Of a DNA stretch of 64,000 nt, positions 20,999-29,772 are shown in pieces. This stretch comes from an uncultured Solirubrobacterales bacterium (GTDB lineage: Bacteria > Actinomycetota > Thermoleophilia > Solirubrobacterales > Solirubrobacteraceae): contig CAWEXC010000005.1 of assembly GCA_963812955.1 (NCBI GenBank), forward strand, positions 283,638 through 347,637, in the 5' to 3' direction. Each line of letters opens with the position of its first letter. Position 1 is the stretch's first letter. A program made the position numbers and the translations under genes. Below the pieces are notes generated by a model, which was not told where the DNA came from, ran no database searches, and saw only the letters and a program-made list of their open reading frames with translations.

Positions 20999-22069
20999 AT
21001 GAGCAGAGGAGAAGCCCGGCGCGTCGTCTGTGCCCTCACTATACGCTTGGCGAGCCTTCGTGGTCCGATCGTGGCCGGGCTCGTGGTTGTGCTCTTCGCC
21101 GGCTGCTCTGAGACGCAAAAGCACAACAAGGCGGCAGAGGCCCCGAGCTGCGACGGCGCCGCGGCGCTGTGCGGGCGGCACCTCGACGAAGTCGTGTTCC
21201 CGGGCACGCACAATTCGTTCGCCGCCTCCGCCGAGCCGGGGTGGCACTTCGCCAATCAGCGCTACGGCATCGCCCGCCAGCTCGACGACGGCATCCGGGC
21301 GCTGCTGCTCGACATTCACTTCGGGGTGTACGACCCGGCGACGGGCCGGGTGCGGACCGACCTGGGCGCCGAGGGCTCCGATCGCAACAAGGTCGCCGCA
21401 CAGGTCCCCGCGCGCGCCCTGCGCGTCGCCGACCGGGTCGCCGGTCGCGTGGGGGTAGGGACGTTGAACGGCACGCCCGAGCCCTACCTGTGCCATACCC
21501 TGTGCGAGCTTGGCGCCGAGCCGCTGAACCGGGAACTGGAGGTGATCAGGAGCTTCCTGGAGCACCATCCCAATCAGGTGGTGGTCGTGATCGTCGAGGA
21601 TTACGTCCCCCCCGCCACGATCGAGCGGGCGTTCGAGCAGACCGGGCTCACGCGCTACGTCGCCACGCTCGACCACCGGACGCCGCTCCCAACCCTAGGG
21701 GAGTTGATCGCGCGCGGGCAGCGCCTCGTGGTGTTCGCCGAGGAGAAGGGTGGGTCGCCCGCCTGGTATATGCCCGCGTTCTCGTTCGTCCAAGACACGC
21801 CGCTCGGCGCCACACGACCGGATCAGCTGAGCTGCAAGCGCTACCGGGGCGAAACGGACAGCCCGTTGCTGCTGATCAACTACTGGATCCCACCGTTTCC
21901 GCCGAGCCCCACCCTGAATGCGGCCATTGGCCGGGCACCGTTCCTGCGTGGTCGCATCGAGCGCTGCCTGCAGAAGCGCGGGTTCAAGGGCGCTATCGTC
22001 GCAGTCGACTTCTACCAGCGCACCGCCGTGGTAGACATCGCCAAGGAACTCAACCGCCGTGACCGCTGA
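20999..22069 (+). CDS. PLC-like phosphodiesterase (PI-PLC X-domain-like) lipoprotein
   Basis: Lipobox LFAGC; FPGTHNSFA, NQ...I..QLDDGIRALLLD, LCHTLC, FLEHHPNQVVVVIVED, VAVDFY. Confidence 0.8.
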   Translation: MSRGEARRVVCALTIRLASLRGPIVAGLVVVLFAGCSETQKHNKAAEAPSCDGAAALCGRHLDEVVFPGTHNSFAASAEPGWHFANQRYGIARQLDDGIRALLLDIHFGVYDPATGRVRTDLGAEGSDRNKVAAQVPARALRVADRVAGRVGVGTLNGTPEPYLCHTLCELGAEPLNRELEVIRSFLEHHPNQVVVVIVEDYVPPATIERAFEQTGLTRYVATLDHRTPLPTLGELIARGQRLVVFAEEKGGSPAWYMPAFSFVQDTPLGATRPDQLSCKRYRGETDSPLLLINYWIPPFPPSPTLNAAIGRAPFLRGRIERCLQKRGFKGAIVAVDFYQRTAVVDIAKELNRRDR

Positions 22070-23474
22070 ACCCGCTCCGCGTTACTCACAGCTGCGGTCC
22101 GGGGAGTCCGCGGAGCGCGGTCGAGCAGCCCGCCAGGCCACGCCCCGGTCGGCGCACGGCGAGTGGGCGCCGGCGCCCGACCGGCCCGACCCGATCGCGG
22201 TGCTCGCGGCCCAGGCGGCCTCGCGCGTACAGGAGCTCGTGCCGATCCGCTACGGGCGGATGCTCGTCTCGCCATTCACGTTCTACCGCGGCGCGGCCGC
22301 GGTGATGGCGGCGGATCTGGCGGCGACGCCGGACTCGGGGATCGTGGTGCAGGCGTGCGGGGACGCCCACATCTCCAACTTCGGCGGGTTTGCGGCCCCC
22401 GATCGCCGCGTGGTGTTCAGCCCCAACGACTTCGACGAGACGCTTCCCGGTCCATGGGAGTGGGACATTAAGCGAATGGCGGCCAGCGCCGAGATTGCCG
22501 GCCGCGATGTGGACCTCCCCGCGGACCGCCGGCGGTGGATCGTCGAGGAGTGCGTGCGCGAGTACCGCGAGGCGATGCGCGACTTCGCCGGGCGCAGCCA
22601 CCTCGACGTCTGGTATGAGCGCCTGACGGCGAGCGAGCTCGTCGATCGCTTCGGTGGGAGGTTGAAGGGCAGGGGGCGGATCGAGTTCGCGCAACCGTTC
22701 GCCCGGGCACGCCGCAAGACGAGCCTGCGGGCAGTAAAGAAGCTGACCGAGCGCGCCGATGGCAAGCTGCGCTTCAGCCACGTCCCACCGCTGCTCGTCC
22801 CGATCCGCGAGCTGGTCGGTCCAGTCGATGCGCGCGAGCAGTCGGCGTTCGTGCAGAAGGTGCTGGATCAGTATGCCGAGAGCCTCGACGCCGACCGCGA
22901 GTACCTGTTTCGCACCCACCGCTTCGTCGATATGGCGCGCAAGGTCGTCGGCGTCGGCAGCGTCGGCACACGCGCCTGGGTGTTCCTGCTCGTCGGCCGC
23001 GACGGGCAGGATCCGCTCGTGCTGCAGGCCAAGGAGGCGCAGCCCTCGGTGCTCGAGCCATACCTCGGTGCCAGCGAGTTCGCCAACCACGGCGAGCGGG
23101 TCGTGCGCGGCCAGCGCATCTCCCAGGCCGCCAGCGACATCTTCCTCGGCTGGCAGCGCAGCGTCGGGTTGGACGGCAACGAACACGACTTCTACGTCCG
23201 CCAGCTGTGGGACTGGAAGGCCTCCGCCGACCTCTCGACGCTGAGCGAGTCGGGCCTGCACGCATACACGCGCGCGTGCGGGTGGTCGCTGGCCCGCGCG
23301 CACGCCCGCTCGGGCGACCGGCTCGCGATCGCCGCCTACCTGGGTGCCGGCTCGGCATTCGACCGGGCGATCGCCCGCTTCGCCACCGCCTACGCGGATC
23401 AGAACGAGCGCGACCACCGGCGGCTCGCCGACGCCGTCGCCGCGGGGGAGGTCGTCGCCGAAGCCGGCGTCTGA
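22059..23474 (+). CDS. DUF2252 family protein, copy 2
   Basis: Same motifs as 19475..20956; overlaps the end of the PLC-like gene. Confidence 0.92.
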   Translation: MTAEPAPRYSQLRSGESAERGRAARQATPRSAHGEWAPAPDRPDPIAVLAAQAASRVQELVPIRYGRMLVSPFTFYRGAAAVMAADLAATPDSGIVVQACGDAHISNFGGFAAPDRRVVFSPNDFDETLPGPWEWDIKRMAASAEIAGRDVDLPADRRRWIVEECVREYREAMRDFAGRSHLDVWYERLTASELVDRFGGRLKGRGRIEFAQPFARARRKTSLRAVKKLTERADGKLRFSHVPPLLVPIRELVGPVDAREQSAFVQKVLDQYAESLDADREYLFRTHRFVDMARKVVGVGSVGTRAWVFLLVGRDGQDPLVLQAKEAQPSVLEPYLGASEFANHGERVVRGQRISQAASDIFLGWQRSVGLDGNEHDFYVRQLWDWKASADLSTLSESGLHAYTRACGWSLARAHARSGDRLAIAAYLGAGSAFDRAIARFATAYADQNERDHRRLADAVAAGEVVAEAGV

Positions 23475-23541
23475 GTCCCTGAAGCCGGCGTCTGAGCTCG
23501 CCACGGGTGAGATCTCGCTCGATCCGGCGCCTGAGCTCGCC
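23460..23541 (+). repeat. Duplication of the DUF2252 copy-2 3' end and stop
   Basis: gaagccggcgtcTGAg at 23460-23475 and 23481-23496; degenerate third copy gatccggcgcctgagctcgcc at 23521-23541. Confidence 0.75.
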
Positions 23542-23572
23542 TATGCCAAGGGGACTCGAAGGGCGCCGCTCC

Positions 23573-24136
23573 TCAGTAGTACAGCTTGCCGTCGGCCTGC
23601 ACCGTCAGCGCATACGTCTTGCGGTTGATCTCGCCCGAAAGGGTGCCGGTGCCGTGAGCATGTGCGTAGCGGCCCGACCCGCCGGTCACCTTGAGCGACC
23701 CTCCGAAGCTGGAGTACACGCTGGTCGAGTGCAGGGCGCCCCCACCGCTGCCTTTGATTGAGCCTCCGCCGTTGGCGTAGATCGTGAACTTCGCGGAGAT
23801 TGTAGCCCCGATGTTGAAGCTCACCTTCACCTTCCCCGGGATCGTCCCCGACACCGGTCCTTCCTCGACCAGTTCCGCGCCGGAGCTGCTCACCGAGTGC
23901 AGATGCCCTTCGTCCTTCACGTTCATCACGTGCGCGGCGTTCGCGGTGGGGGGCGTGCGTGCGGCGGCGAGGATCGCGGCCGATCGCACTGGGCCTGCGG
24001 GCGGCGGGAAGCTCGTCGCCGCGACACCGGCGGCACCTGCGCAGCCCATGACGCCCACCGTCAGCAGCGTGACGCCGAGCGCATGCTTTGCGCCCCGTCG
24101 ATGCAGCAGGCCGCTGCGGTCAGGTTGGTGCTTCAT
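23573..24136 (-). CDS. Secreted beta-rich hypothetical protein
   Basis: SD GAGG before ATG 24136; signal-like hydrophobic stretch; GSLKVTGGSGRYAHAHGTG beta-barrel-like C-terminus. Confidence 0.75.
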   Translation of the reverse strand: MKHQPDRSGLLHRRGAKHALGVTLLTVGVMGCAGAAGVAATSFPPPAGPVRSAAILAAARTPPTANAAHVMNVKDEGHLHSVSSSGAELVEEGPVSGTIPGKVKVSFNIGATISAKFTIYANGGGSIKGSGGGALHSTSVYSSFGGSLKVTGGSGRYAHAHGTGTLSGEINRKTYALTVQADGKLYY

Positions 24137-24192
24137 AGGACCTCGCATTCCTCCAACGTGGGCTTTAAACACGGTACCCCGCCCGGTGATTC

Positions 24193-24210
24193 TGTAGCGC
24201 AAAGTCTACA
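24193..24210. promoter_or_regulatory. Second XRE operator-like site, upstream of 23573..24136
   Basis: TGTAGCG-CAAA-GTCTACA versus TGTAGAC-CTTT-GTCTACA at 19088-19105. Confidence 0.55.
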
Positions 24211-24256
24211 TGCTCTCGTGATGCCGTATATCAGTGGACCTTCCCCATTAGGCTCG

Positions 24257-24652
24257 TCAGCCAGCCGCGACGAGGTCCGCTTGACGCGCATCGATGACCG
24301 GGTCGCTTCCCAAACCGGCGATGTCGTCAGCGAAGCCCATGACGAGATGGGTCTCGAGCGCATCCGCTAGCCTTCGCAGCGTTTGGACCGTTGTCGCGTG
24401 CTGACCGCTCTCGATGCGCGAGATCGCAGAATGGCTGGTTCCCATCCGCTGGGCCAGCTCTGCCTGGCTGAGCCCGAGTTGGCCCCGGCGGCGAATGACG
24501 ATCCGCGCCAGCGCCTCATAGGGAGCCAGTCTTGCGAGCTCGGCGCGGTACTCCGGGTTGCGAGCACGGCGACGCATCGACTCCCTATGAGAAGTCCCGA
24601 CCGGAGAGATTGCCTGTGCCTGCCGCTCCATCTGTGGGGTCTCCCTGCTCAA
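24257..24652 (-). CDS. HigA-like XRE antitoxin
   Basis: NPEYRAELARLAPYEALARIVIRRRGQLGLSQAELAQRMGTSHSAISRIESG; lies downstream of a RelE-like toxin. Confidence 0.85.
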   Translation of the reverse strand: MSRETPQMERQAQAISPVGTSHRESMRRRARNPEYRAELARLAPYEALARIVIRRRGQLGLSQAELAQRMGTSHSAISRIESGQHATTVQTLRRLADALETHLVMGFADDIAGLGSDPVIDARQADLVAAG

Positions 24653-24705
24653 GCTAGTAGATGCTTGGAGCGTAGTTTACCAAAATCGATAAGCAAGGGG
24701 TTGCC

Positions 24706-25107
24706 TCATGGAGCGTCCCCGCCTGCCGCACGAGGAGGCCGCCTGGGCTGGGAGTCCATGCGCGCCGTGAAGTCCTCCCACCGTGCCCCCGCGATCTCGA
24801 TGTCCGCCTGCGGGATCTTCCCGCTGTTCTTGCGCAGAATGTGCAGCAGGACGAATAGGTTCCTGGATCGCCGGTAGAGCACGCGGTAGAGCACCGGACC
24901 GTAGTGGCAACGCAGCTCCCGCAGCCCCCCGATGACTTGGGAGGTCGCCGGAAACGCCAGTGGCGGCTCGTTCGGATGCAGACCGTTGAGGCGATCGATC
25001 GCAAGGTCCACCACCACCTGATGCCTGGGCGGTAGCCCATCGATGAACTCCTCGACAGGCTGGCGCCCTCGCCTGTCACGGTAATAGATGGCTTGGGTAT
25101 CCGGCAT
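24706..25107 (-). CDS. RelE/HigB (Gp49-like) toxin
   Basis: YYRDRRGRQPVEEFIDGL, GLRELR, YRVLY, FVLLH...KNSGKIP..DIEIA; start ATG 25107 directly after the integrase stop. Confidence 0.85.
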   Translation of the reverse strand: MPDTQAIYYRDRRGRQPVEEFIDGLPPRHQVVVDLAIDRLNGLHPNEPPLAFPATSQVIGGLRELRCHYGPVLYRVLYRRSRNLFVLLHILRKNSGKIPQADIEIAGARWEDFTARMDSQPRRPPRAAGGDAP

Positions 25108-25111
25108 CGGC

Positions 25112-26080
25112 TCAGGAGCTGGCTTGGAATGCTTCAGCGACGAGCCGCGCGTCCTCCTCACGTGGCGCGTAGTGCAAGTAGCGCATCGTCGTCTGGATGT
25201 CGGCGTGGCCCATCCACTCCTGCACCCGCCGAATGTCCGCCTTGGCGATCATCCGCGTGCCGAACGTATGGCGTAGATCGTGGAAGCGCAACTGCCGCAG
25301 GCCGGCGCGTTTGAGCGCCGCCTTGTAGCGGCGGCGCAGCGCCGAGCCGTCGAGGAACTCGCCCATCTCGCCGGGGAACACCAGGTCATCCTCATCTGTG
25401 AACAACTCGCGGTCGGCCAGTCGCGCGAGCGCCTGCGCCACGTCCGGGGCGAGCGGCACCGAGCGCACCTTCCCCGACTTCGGTGTCGTCAACGCCCCGC
25501 CTGCATAGCTCGCGCGCACGCGCAGCAGCGAGCCCCCAAAGTCCACGTCGCGCCAATGCAGCGCGAGCAACTCGCCCATCCGCAGACCCGTGAGGGCCGC
25601 CGTCAGGAAGATCGCCCGGTCACGCTCGCTAGCCGCGGCGCGCGCCAGCGCCCACACCTCCTCCGGGTTGAACACCTCGATGTCGCCGCTGCGCGTCTGC
25701 GGCGGCTTCTCCACGTCCGACACCGGGTTGATTGGCAGGCCGTACACCCTCGTGGCCCGCTGGAAGATGCCGTGCAGCAGCACCAGCGCCTTCCTGCGCG
25801 TGCTCGGCTTGCGCTCGAGCGCGGCGATCCACGCTTCGACATGCGCGCCCGTCACGTCCTCCACGCGCAGATCCCCCAGGGCCGGCGCGATCCACGCTTT
25901 GATGCCCCACCGGTAGCCTTGCACCGTCGAGGGCTTGCGGCCTCGGTCGTGCTCGATGTAGCGCAGGTACTCCTCCGCCGCCTGCGCCACCGTCACCCCC
26001 GGACGCGCCATGCCGGGAAGCGCGCCGTTCCGCACCTGGTCGGTCGGCGACTGGGCGAGAGTAGTTGGCAGCGCGGCCAT
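25112..26080 (-). CDS. Tyrosine recombinase/phage integrase (possibly N-terminally truncated)
   Basis: TGLRMGELLAL.W, PKSGK.R, FHDLRHTFGT, MGHADIQTTMRY: complete R-K-H-R-H-Y set. Confidence 0.93.
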   Translation of the reverse strand: MAALPTTLAQSPTDQVRNGALPGMARPGVTVAQAAEEYLRYIEHDRGRKPSTVQGYRWGIKAWIAPALGDLRVEDVTGAHVEAWIAALERKPSTRRKALVLLHGIFQRATRVYGLPINPVSDVEKPPQTRSGDIEVFNPEEVWALARAAASERDRAIFLTAALTGLRMGELLALHWRDVDFGGSLLRVRASYAGGALTTPKSGKVRSVPLAPDVAQALARLADRELFTDEDDLVFPGEMGEFLDGSALRRRYKAALKRAGLRQLRFHDLRHTFGTRMIAKADIRRVQEWMGHADIQTTMRYLHYAPREEDARLVAEAFQASS

Positions 26081-26389
26081 CTCACGAAGCTAGCGCCGAT
26101 CTCCGGCCATATGCGAGACACGGACCGAACCTGGCGGGATCGGGTCCATAGAAAGGCCCCGATCACGGGCCGGCGAACGAGCTCGGTGCGGTACTCCTAG
26201 TTGCGGGGGCAGCGACGTGGCGCACGAGGCTCCGCGCCCGCTCGCCTGGTAGCTGCCACTTCGTCGCGTGGACGATCTCAGGGCAAGCCAAGGCCCTCGC
26301 CGCCGAATGCGGACGTTGTGACGAAGGGCGTTGAACTTGACTTGTCCGTATCTTTGCCCATCCGCGGCCCCCAGTACGGTTAAATCGCA

Positions 26390-26854
26390 ATGGCCACCCC
26401 CTACGAACGGCTGTACGAGATTGCACTCGGCGCGATCGACGAGCAGCGGCGTCAGATCTCTGATGCACGCAGCGGTATCCCAGCCGTCGGGGCGGCCGCA
26501 GCGGTAATCGGGGCGCTCACCAAGACTGCCTTCAACGCGCCAGGCACCGCCAACACCGTCTTTGCCGCGCTGGGAGCATTTGGCATCGGCATCGTGCTGG
26601 TGTGCGGGGTGCAGACTCTCCGTACGCCGGACCGGCTCGCGCTCAGCTTCAACGCCGAAGCACTGCGCGAGGCTACCACCAGCATGCTCGATAACTCCGA
26701 CGTCTTCCACAGCGCTGTTGCCCGGCTCATCAACGACCGACAGCACCGCAACGAGGGCGGTGTGCGGCGCATAAAGCGCTGGTACGCCGGTGCGCTCGCC
26801 GGACTGATCCTCGAGGCCATCGGCCTCGTAGTAGCGGCCGTCGTACACTTTTAG
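26390..26854 (+). CDS. Hypothetical membrane protein (about 3 TM)
   Basis: ATG ORF with hydrophobic segments, co-directional with 26857..27144. Confidence 0.65.
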   Translation: MATPYERLYEIALGAIDEQRRQISDARSGIPAVGAAAAVIGALTKTAFNAPGTANTVFAALGAFGIGIVLVCGVQTLRTPDRLALSFNAEALREATTSMLDNSDVFHSAVARLINDRQHRNEGGVRRIKRWYAGALAGLILEAIGLVVAAVVHF

Positions 26855-26856
26855 AG

Positions 26857-27144
26857 ATGGCACTTCGACAGATCAGCACGGACGAGCTCGTCGAGCTGGC
26901 CGCTAAGCACACCGCACTCGGCTCGCCAGAAGCCAACAATGCCGTTCGCGCTGTTTGTGACGTGATCACCGAGCTCGGCGACGAGGTCCAGGTCATCGAC
27001 GTCCAACCGGGGGCCAGTTCGGACGAGGGCGTCGTCGTGCATAGGGCTAAGCTCGATCCGGCTAATCCTCCCAAGCTCGACCTCGACGGCATCGCGATCG
27101 CCGACGAGGGGATGATCGGGCTCGGCCTATTTCGTAGCCACTGA
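26857..27144 (+). CDS. Hypothetical protein
   Basis: Starts 2 nt after the previous stop; acidic, coding-like composition. Confidence 0.55.
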   Translation: MALRQISTDELVELAAKHTALGSPEANNAVRAVCDVITELGDEVQVIDVQPGASSDEGVVVHRAKLDPANPPKLDLDGIAIADEGMIGLGLFRSH

Positions 27145-27539
27145 ACCCGCCGCGCCGCCCAGTGTTTCCTTGGAGGCGGAGTTGACAGCGGCATCGCGCA
27201 CTCCGCAAAATGCAGAGCGGGCCTCACCAGTGGTAGATACGGCGCGAGGGAAGATCGGATCGTGCCACCGATCAAGCCAGGCGTTACAAGGGCGCGTTAG
27301 CTGAGCTCGCGAACGTCGATCCCAGGTCGCGCCCCTGGAGCTGCACGACTTCGCGTGGGAGGTCCTCAGCCGTGGGAACACGCCCCTAGCCGAGCGCGTC
27401 GCCCGTGTGCACGAGGCACTACGCAGCGCAGCGCATCCTGAGTCGTGGGAATGAACACCCCAGCGGGCGAAGCGATCAAGGTAGGCGAGCTGCCCCGCGG
27501 AGTCCGGACCTGACGCCTGAGCTGCCAGCGCGGGACGCG

Positions 27540-27775
27540 GTGATCGAGCCCGCTACGCGACGAAGGCCCTGCGCAAGCTCCCTCGCAAGGGAGCAGGAGC
27601 GCATCCTCGCAACGATTCGGCGCCTGCCCGCCGGGGACGTACGACGCCTCCACGGCTGACGAGACGAGTGGCGCCTGCGTGTCGGGACTGGCGAGCGCTC
27701 ATCCGCCTCGACCAGGACGCCCACCCGATCCTCGTTAGGGACGTCAAGTCCCGCGGCAGTGCTTACGACCGCTGA
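27540..27775 (+). pseudogene. Decayed RelE/ParE toxin (probably with a decayed antitoxin upstream, ~27300-27540)
   Basis: Joining frames gives ...KALRKLPR.EQERILATIRRLPAGDVRRLHG*RDEWRLRVG(D)WRALIRLDQDAHPILVRDVKSRGSAYDR*, with the RelE WRLRVGDWR and RG.AY motifs, frameshifts and an internal stop. Confidence 0.72.
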
Positions 27776-28203
27776 ATGCCTATAGCGCGGACCTCATCAG
27801 CGCCGTCGGCAAGCCTGGGAGAGCGGAGATGCCGTCCTGCGCGAACAGGTGCAGAGCAGCGCGATGGAACCCTGAATCGCATCAGGTCCATGGTCTGCTA
27901 CGGACCGTTGCAAAGAGACCTGAATGTGGCCGCACCCTTCATCCGTGGACCTCTTGGCGGCGACGGGCTGCGCGCCCTCTGGGAGGTGCCCGACTGGGGA
28001 ATCAAGGTGGTCTCATTTGGCTACGCGATCGACGCTTCCTCGGTCGGTGGCGACTTCCAGCCGCGGCGAGCGCCCTGTGCTCTCTCCCGCAGCAAATTTG
28101 TGCCCCGTCCCGTCCTTCCCCGGCCCCTCGTGGCCACTCGCCCACCGCACCACGATCCCACCAATCCCCAGCAACCAAACCAAAACCAGGGCGAAGACGG
28201 GAA

Positions 28204-28276
28204 AGCCGACGCGGGGACTCGAACCCCGGACCCCTTCATTACGAGTGAAGTGCTCTACCAGCTGAGCTACGTCGGC
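28204..28276 (-). tRNA. tRNA-Thr(CGT)
   Basis: GCCGACGTAGCTCAGCTGGTAGAGCA-CTTCA-CTCGTAA-TGAAG-GGGTCCGGGGTTCGAGTCCCCGCGTCGGC-T. Confidence 0.97.
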
Positions 28277-28406
28277 GTGGGGTGGATGCTAGCGCGGCCG
28301 GTGCGCCGGGGACCGCCCCCGGGTGACGGCGCCGATCGCCGGCGTTGGGGGAGCCCGCGCGCACCAGGGCCGCCGGCCGACCCGCGGAGGGGACGGCGGA
28401 TCGGTG

Positions 28407-28425
28407 TAGGATTGTGTCAATGACA
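28407..28425 (+). promoter_or_regulatory. Putative -10 (TAGGAT) plus perfect palindrome TGTCA-A-TGACA upstream of the collagen-like gene
   Basis: TAGGAT 28407-28412; TGTCAATGACA 28415-28425; resembles the boxes at 38739-38749 and 47446-47456. Confidence 0.45.
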
Positions 28426-28792
28426 GGCGATCCGTATCCGCTTCCTTGGCTATGGCCGCGCTGCGGCCCTTCGGGGCAGCTGAGGCCGATGCGGCGGTCG
28501 CCGGTGCAGCGGTTGGGACGTTCAAGCGGGTAGATCTGTCCCAGCGGCACGACTTCTCGCCAGCTAGGATATTGATGGCTAATGGGATGAGAGGGGTATG
28601 GCGATGACATAGCGGGAGGATGGTCGTTCTGAGCCTGGATCCACCGACTTCCGGTCGGGGACTGGCGGGCATGACACCCGCGACCGGCCGTCGCCGGCGG
28701 ATCCACGCCACGGACCCGAGGAACCTCGGGTCCGCACGCGCCGCGGACGACAGTTCGTCCGGGCGCCGTATCGCTAACGACGAAAGGCGAAC

Positions 28793-29665
28793 ATGATTTC
28801 ACGGATTGTCCGACACATACATGCGAGCACGGCGATTGCATTCGCCGCGTTGATTCTTTCAATGGCAGGTGGAGCTTTTGCATTTGGGGGCCAGGGTGGT
28901 GGCTCCGGCCCCAAGGTAGCCCCGGGGGCCGCCTTGGGTAGGCCCACGACCGCGGTTGCTGTCGCGACCGCGAGCAAGAAGAAGAGCAAGGTCAAGGTTG
29001 GGCCCCGAGGGCCTGCCGGCCCCGCTGGTAAAAATGGCACCAACGGAGCACAGGGCCCGCAGGGCGAAAAGGGTCCGTCCGGATCCAACGGAACGAATGG
29101 TGCCAACGGAATAAACGGAGCTCCTGGTGAAAATGTAACGGTGTCTACGCCTTCAGGCAGCGAATGTAACGACGAAGGTGGCGCCAAGGTCTCGAACGCG
29201 AGTGGTAGCGCCGTCGCTTGTAACGGCAAAACCGGGTACGTCGAAACACTTCCGGCGGGCAAGATGGAGAAGGGCACCTGGGCTTTTGTTGCCACTGAGG
29301 CAGAAGGAGAAGTTCACGCATTCGTTCCTCTCTCCTTTACGATCCCGCTACCAGCCGGGGCGCCCGGGAGCGTCGTGATCGACGAAAACCATATTCACTT
29401 CTTCAACGAAGGCGAAAGCACGACACTTGGTGATGGTTGTGGTAAAGGCACGGCGGAAAGCCCGGAAGCCGAACCGGGTAATCTATGTGTATATACCAAC
29501 TACGCTCCCGCGTTCGACTCGGCAGATGTTGAAATCATCGATCCAGAGGTCTCTGGTCGTCCAATCGGAGCTGGCACCACCGGCGCGAACCTAAAGGTCG
29601 GCATAGGATCACCGTCGAGCGAAAGCGTACGAGGCGAAGGGACATGGGCCGTCAGCGCCGAATAG
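28793..29665 (+). CDS. Secreted collagen-like (Gly-X-Y) protein with C-terminal Cys-containing beta domain
   Basis: Signal/anchor (TAIAFAALILSMAGGAFA), KKKSKVK, 15 G-X-Y triplets (GPRGPAGPAGKNGTNGAQGPQGEKGPSGSNGTNGANGINGAPGEN), then GC.GT...P.A.PGNLCVY. Confidence 0.85.
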   Translation: MISRIVRHIHASTAIAFAALILSMAGGAFAFGGQGGGSGPKVAPGAALGRPTTAVAVATASKKKSKVKVGPRGPAGPAGKNGTNGAQGPQGEKGPSGSNGTNGANGINGAPGENVTVSTPSGSECNDEGGAKVSNASGSAVACNGKTGYVETLPAGKMEKGTWAFVATEAEGEVHAFVPLSFTIPLPAGAPGSVVIDENHIHFFNEGESTTLGDGCGKGTAESPEAEPGNLCVYTNYAPAFDSADVEIIDPEVSGRPIGAGTTGANLKVGIGSPSSESVRGEGTWAVSAE

Positions 29666-29717
29666 CAGCACAGTCAATCCGCGGCAAAGAAGCCTCATGC
29701 GTAACCCAGAGTGAGTA

Positions 29718-29748
29718 GTGGAGCCCGCCACCCCGTGGCGGGCTCCAC
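29718..29748. terminator. 14-bp GC hairpin between convergent genes
   Basis: GTGGAGCCCGCCAC-CCC-GTGGCGGGCTCCAC. Confidence 0.75.
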
Positions 29749-29772
29749 CCATCTACCTCAGATCAATCGGAT

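Larger units (their letters stand above)
24257..28203. mobile_element. Degenerate integrative element remnant at the 3' end of tRNA-Thr
   Basis: Integrase, HigBA, a decayed RelE and orphan ORFs next to the tRNA 3' end; no att direct repeat found, so boundaries are approximate. Confidence 0.55.

Noticed and set aside
24200-28203. att direct repeat for the integrase element
   Set aside because: No copy of the tRNA-Thr or tRNA-Tyr 3' end was found by eye.
28232-28253. tRNA-Thr anticodon arm (CACTTCAC-TCGTA-ATGAAGGG) resembles the dispersed repeat (CACTTCAC-AAA-ATGAAGGG), suggesting att sites
   Set aside because: Loop length and sequence differ and flanking tRNA sequence is not shared; coincidence cannot be excluded, so it is not claimed.
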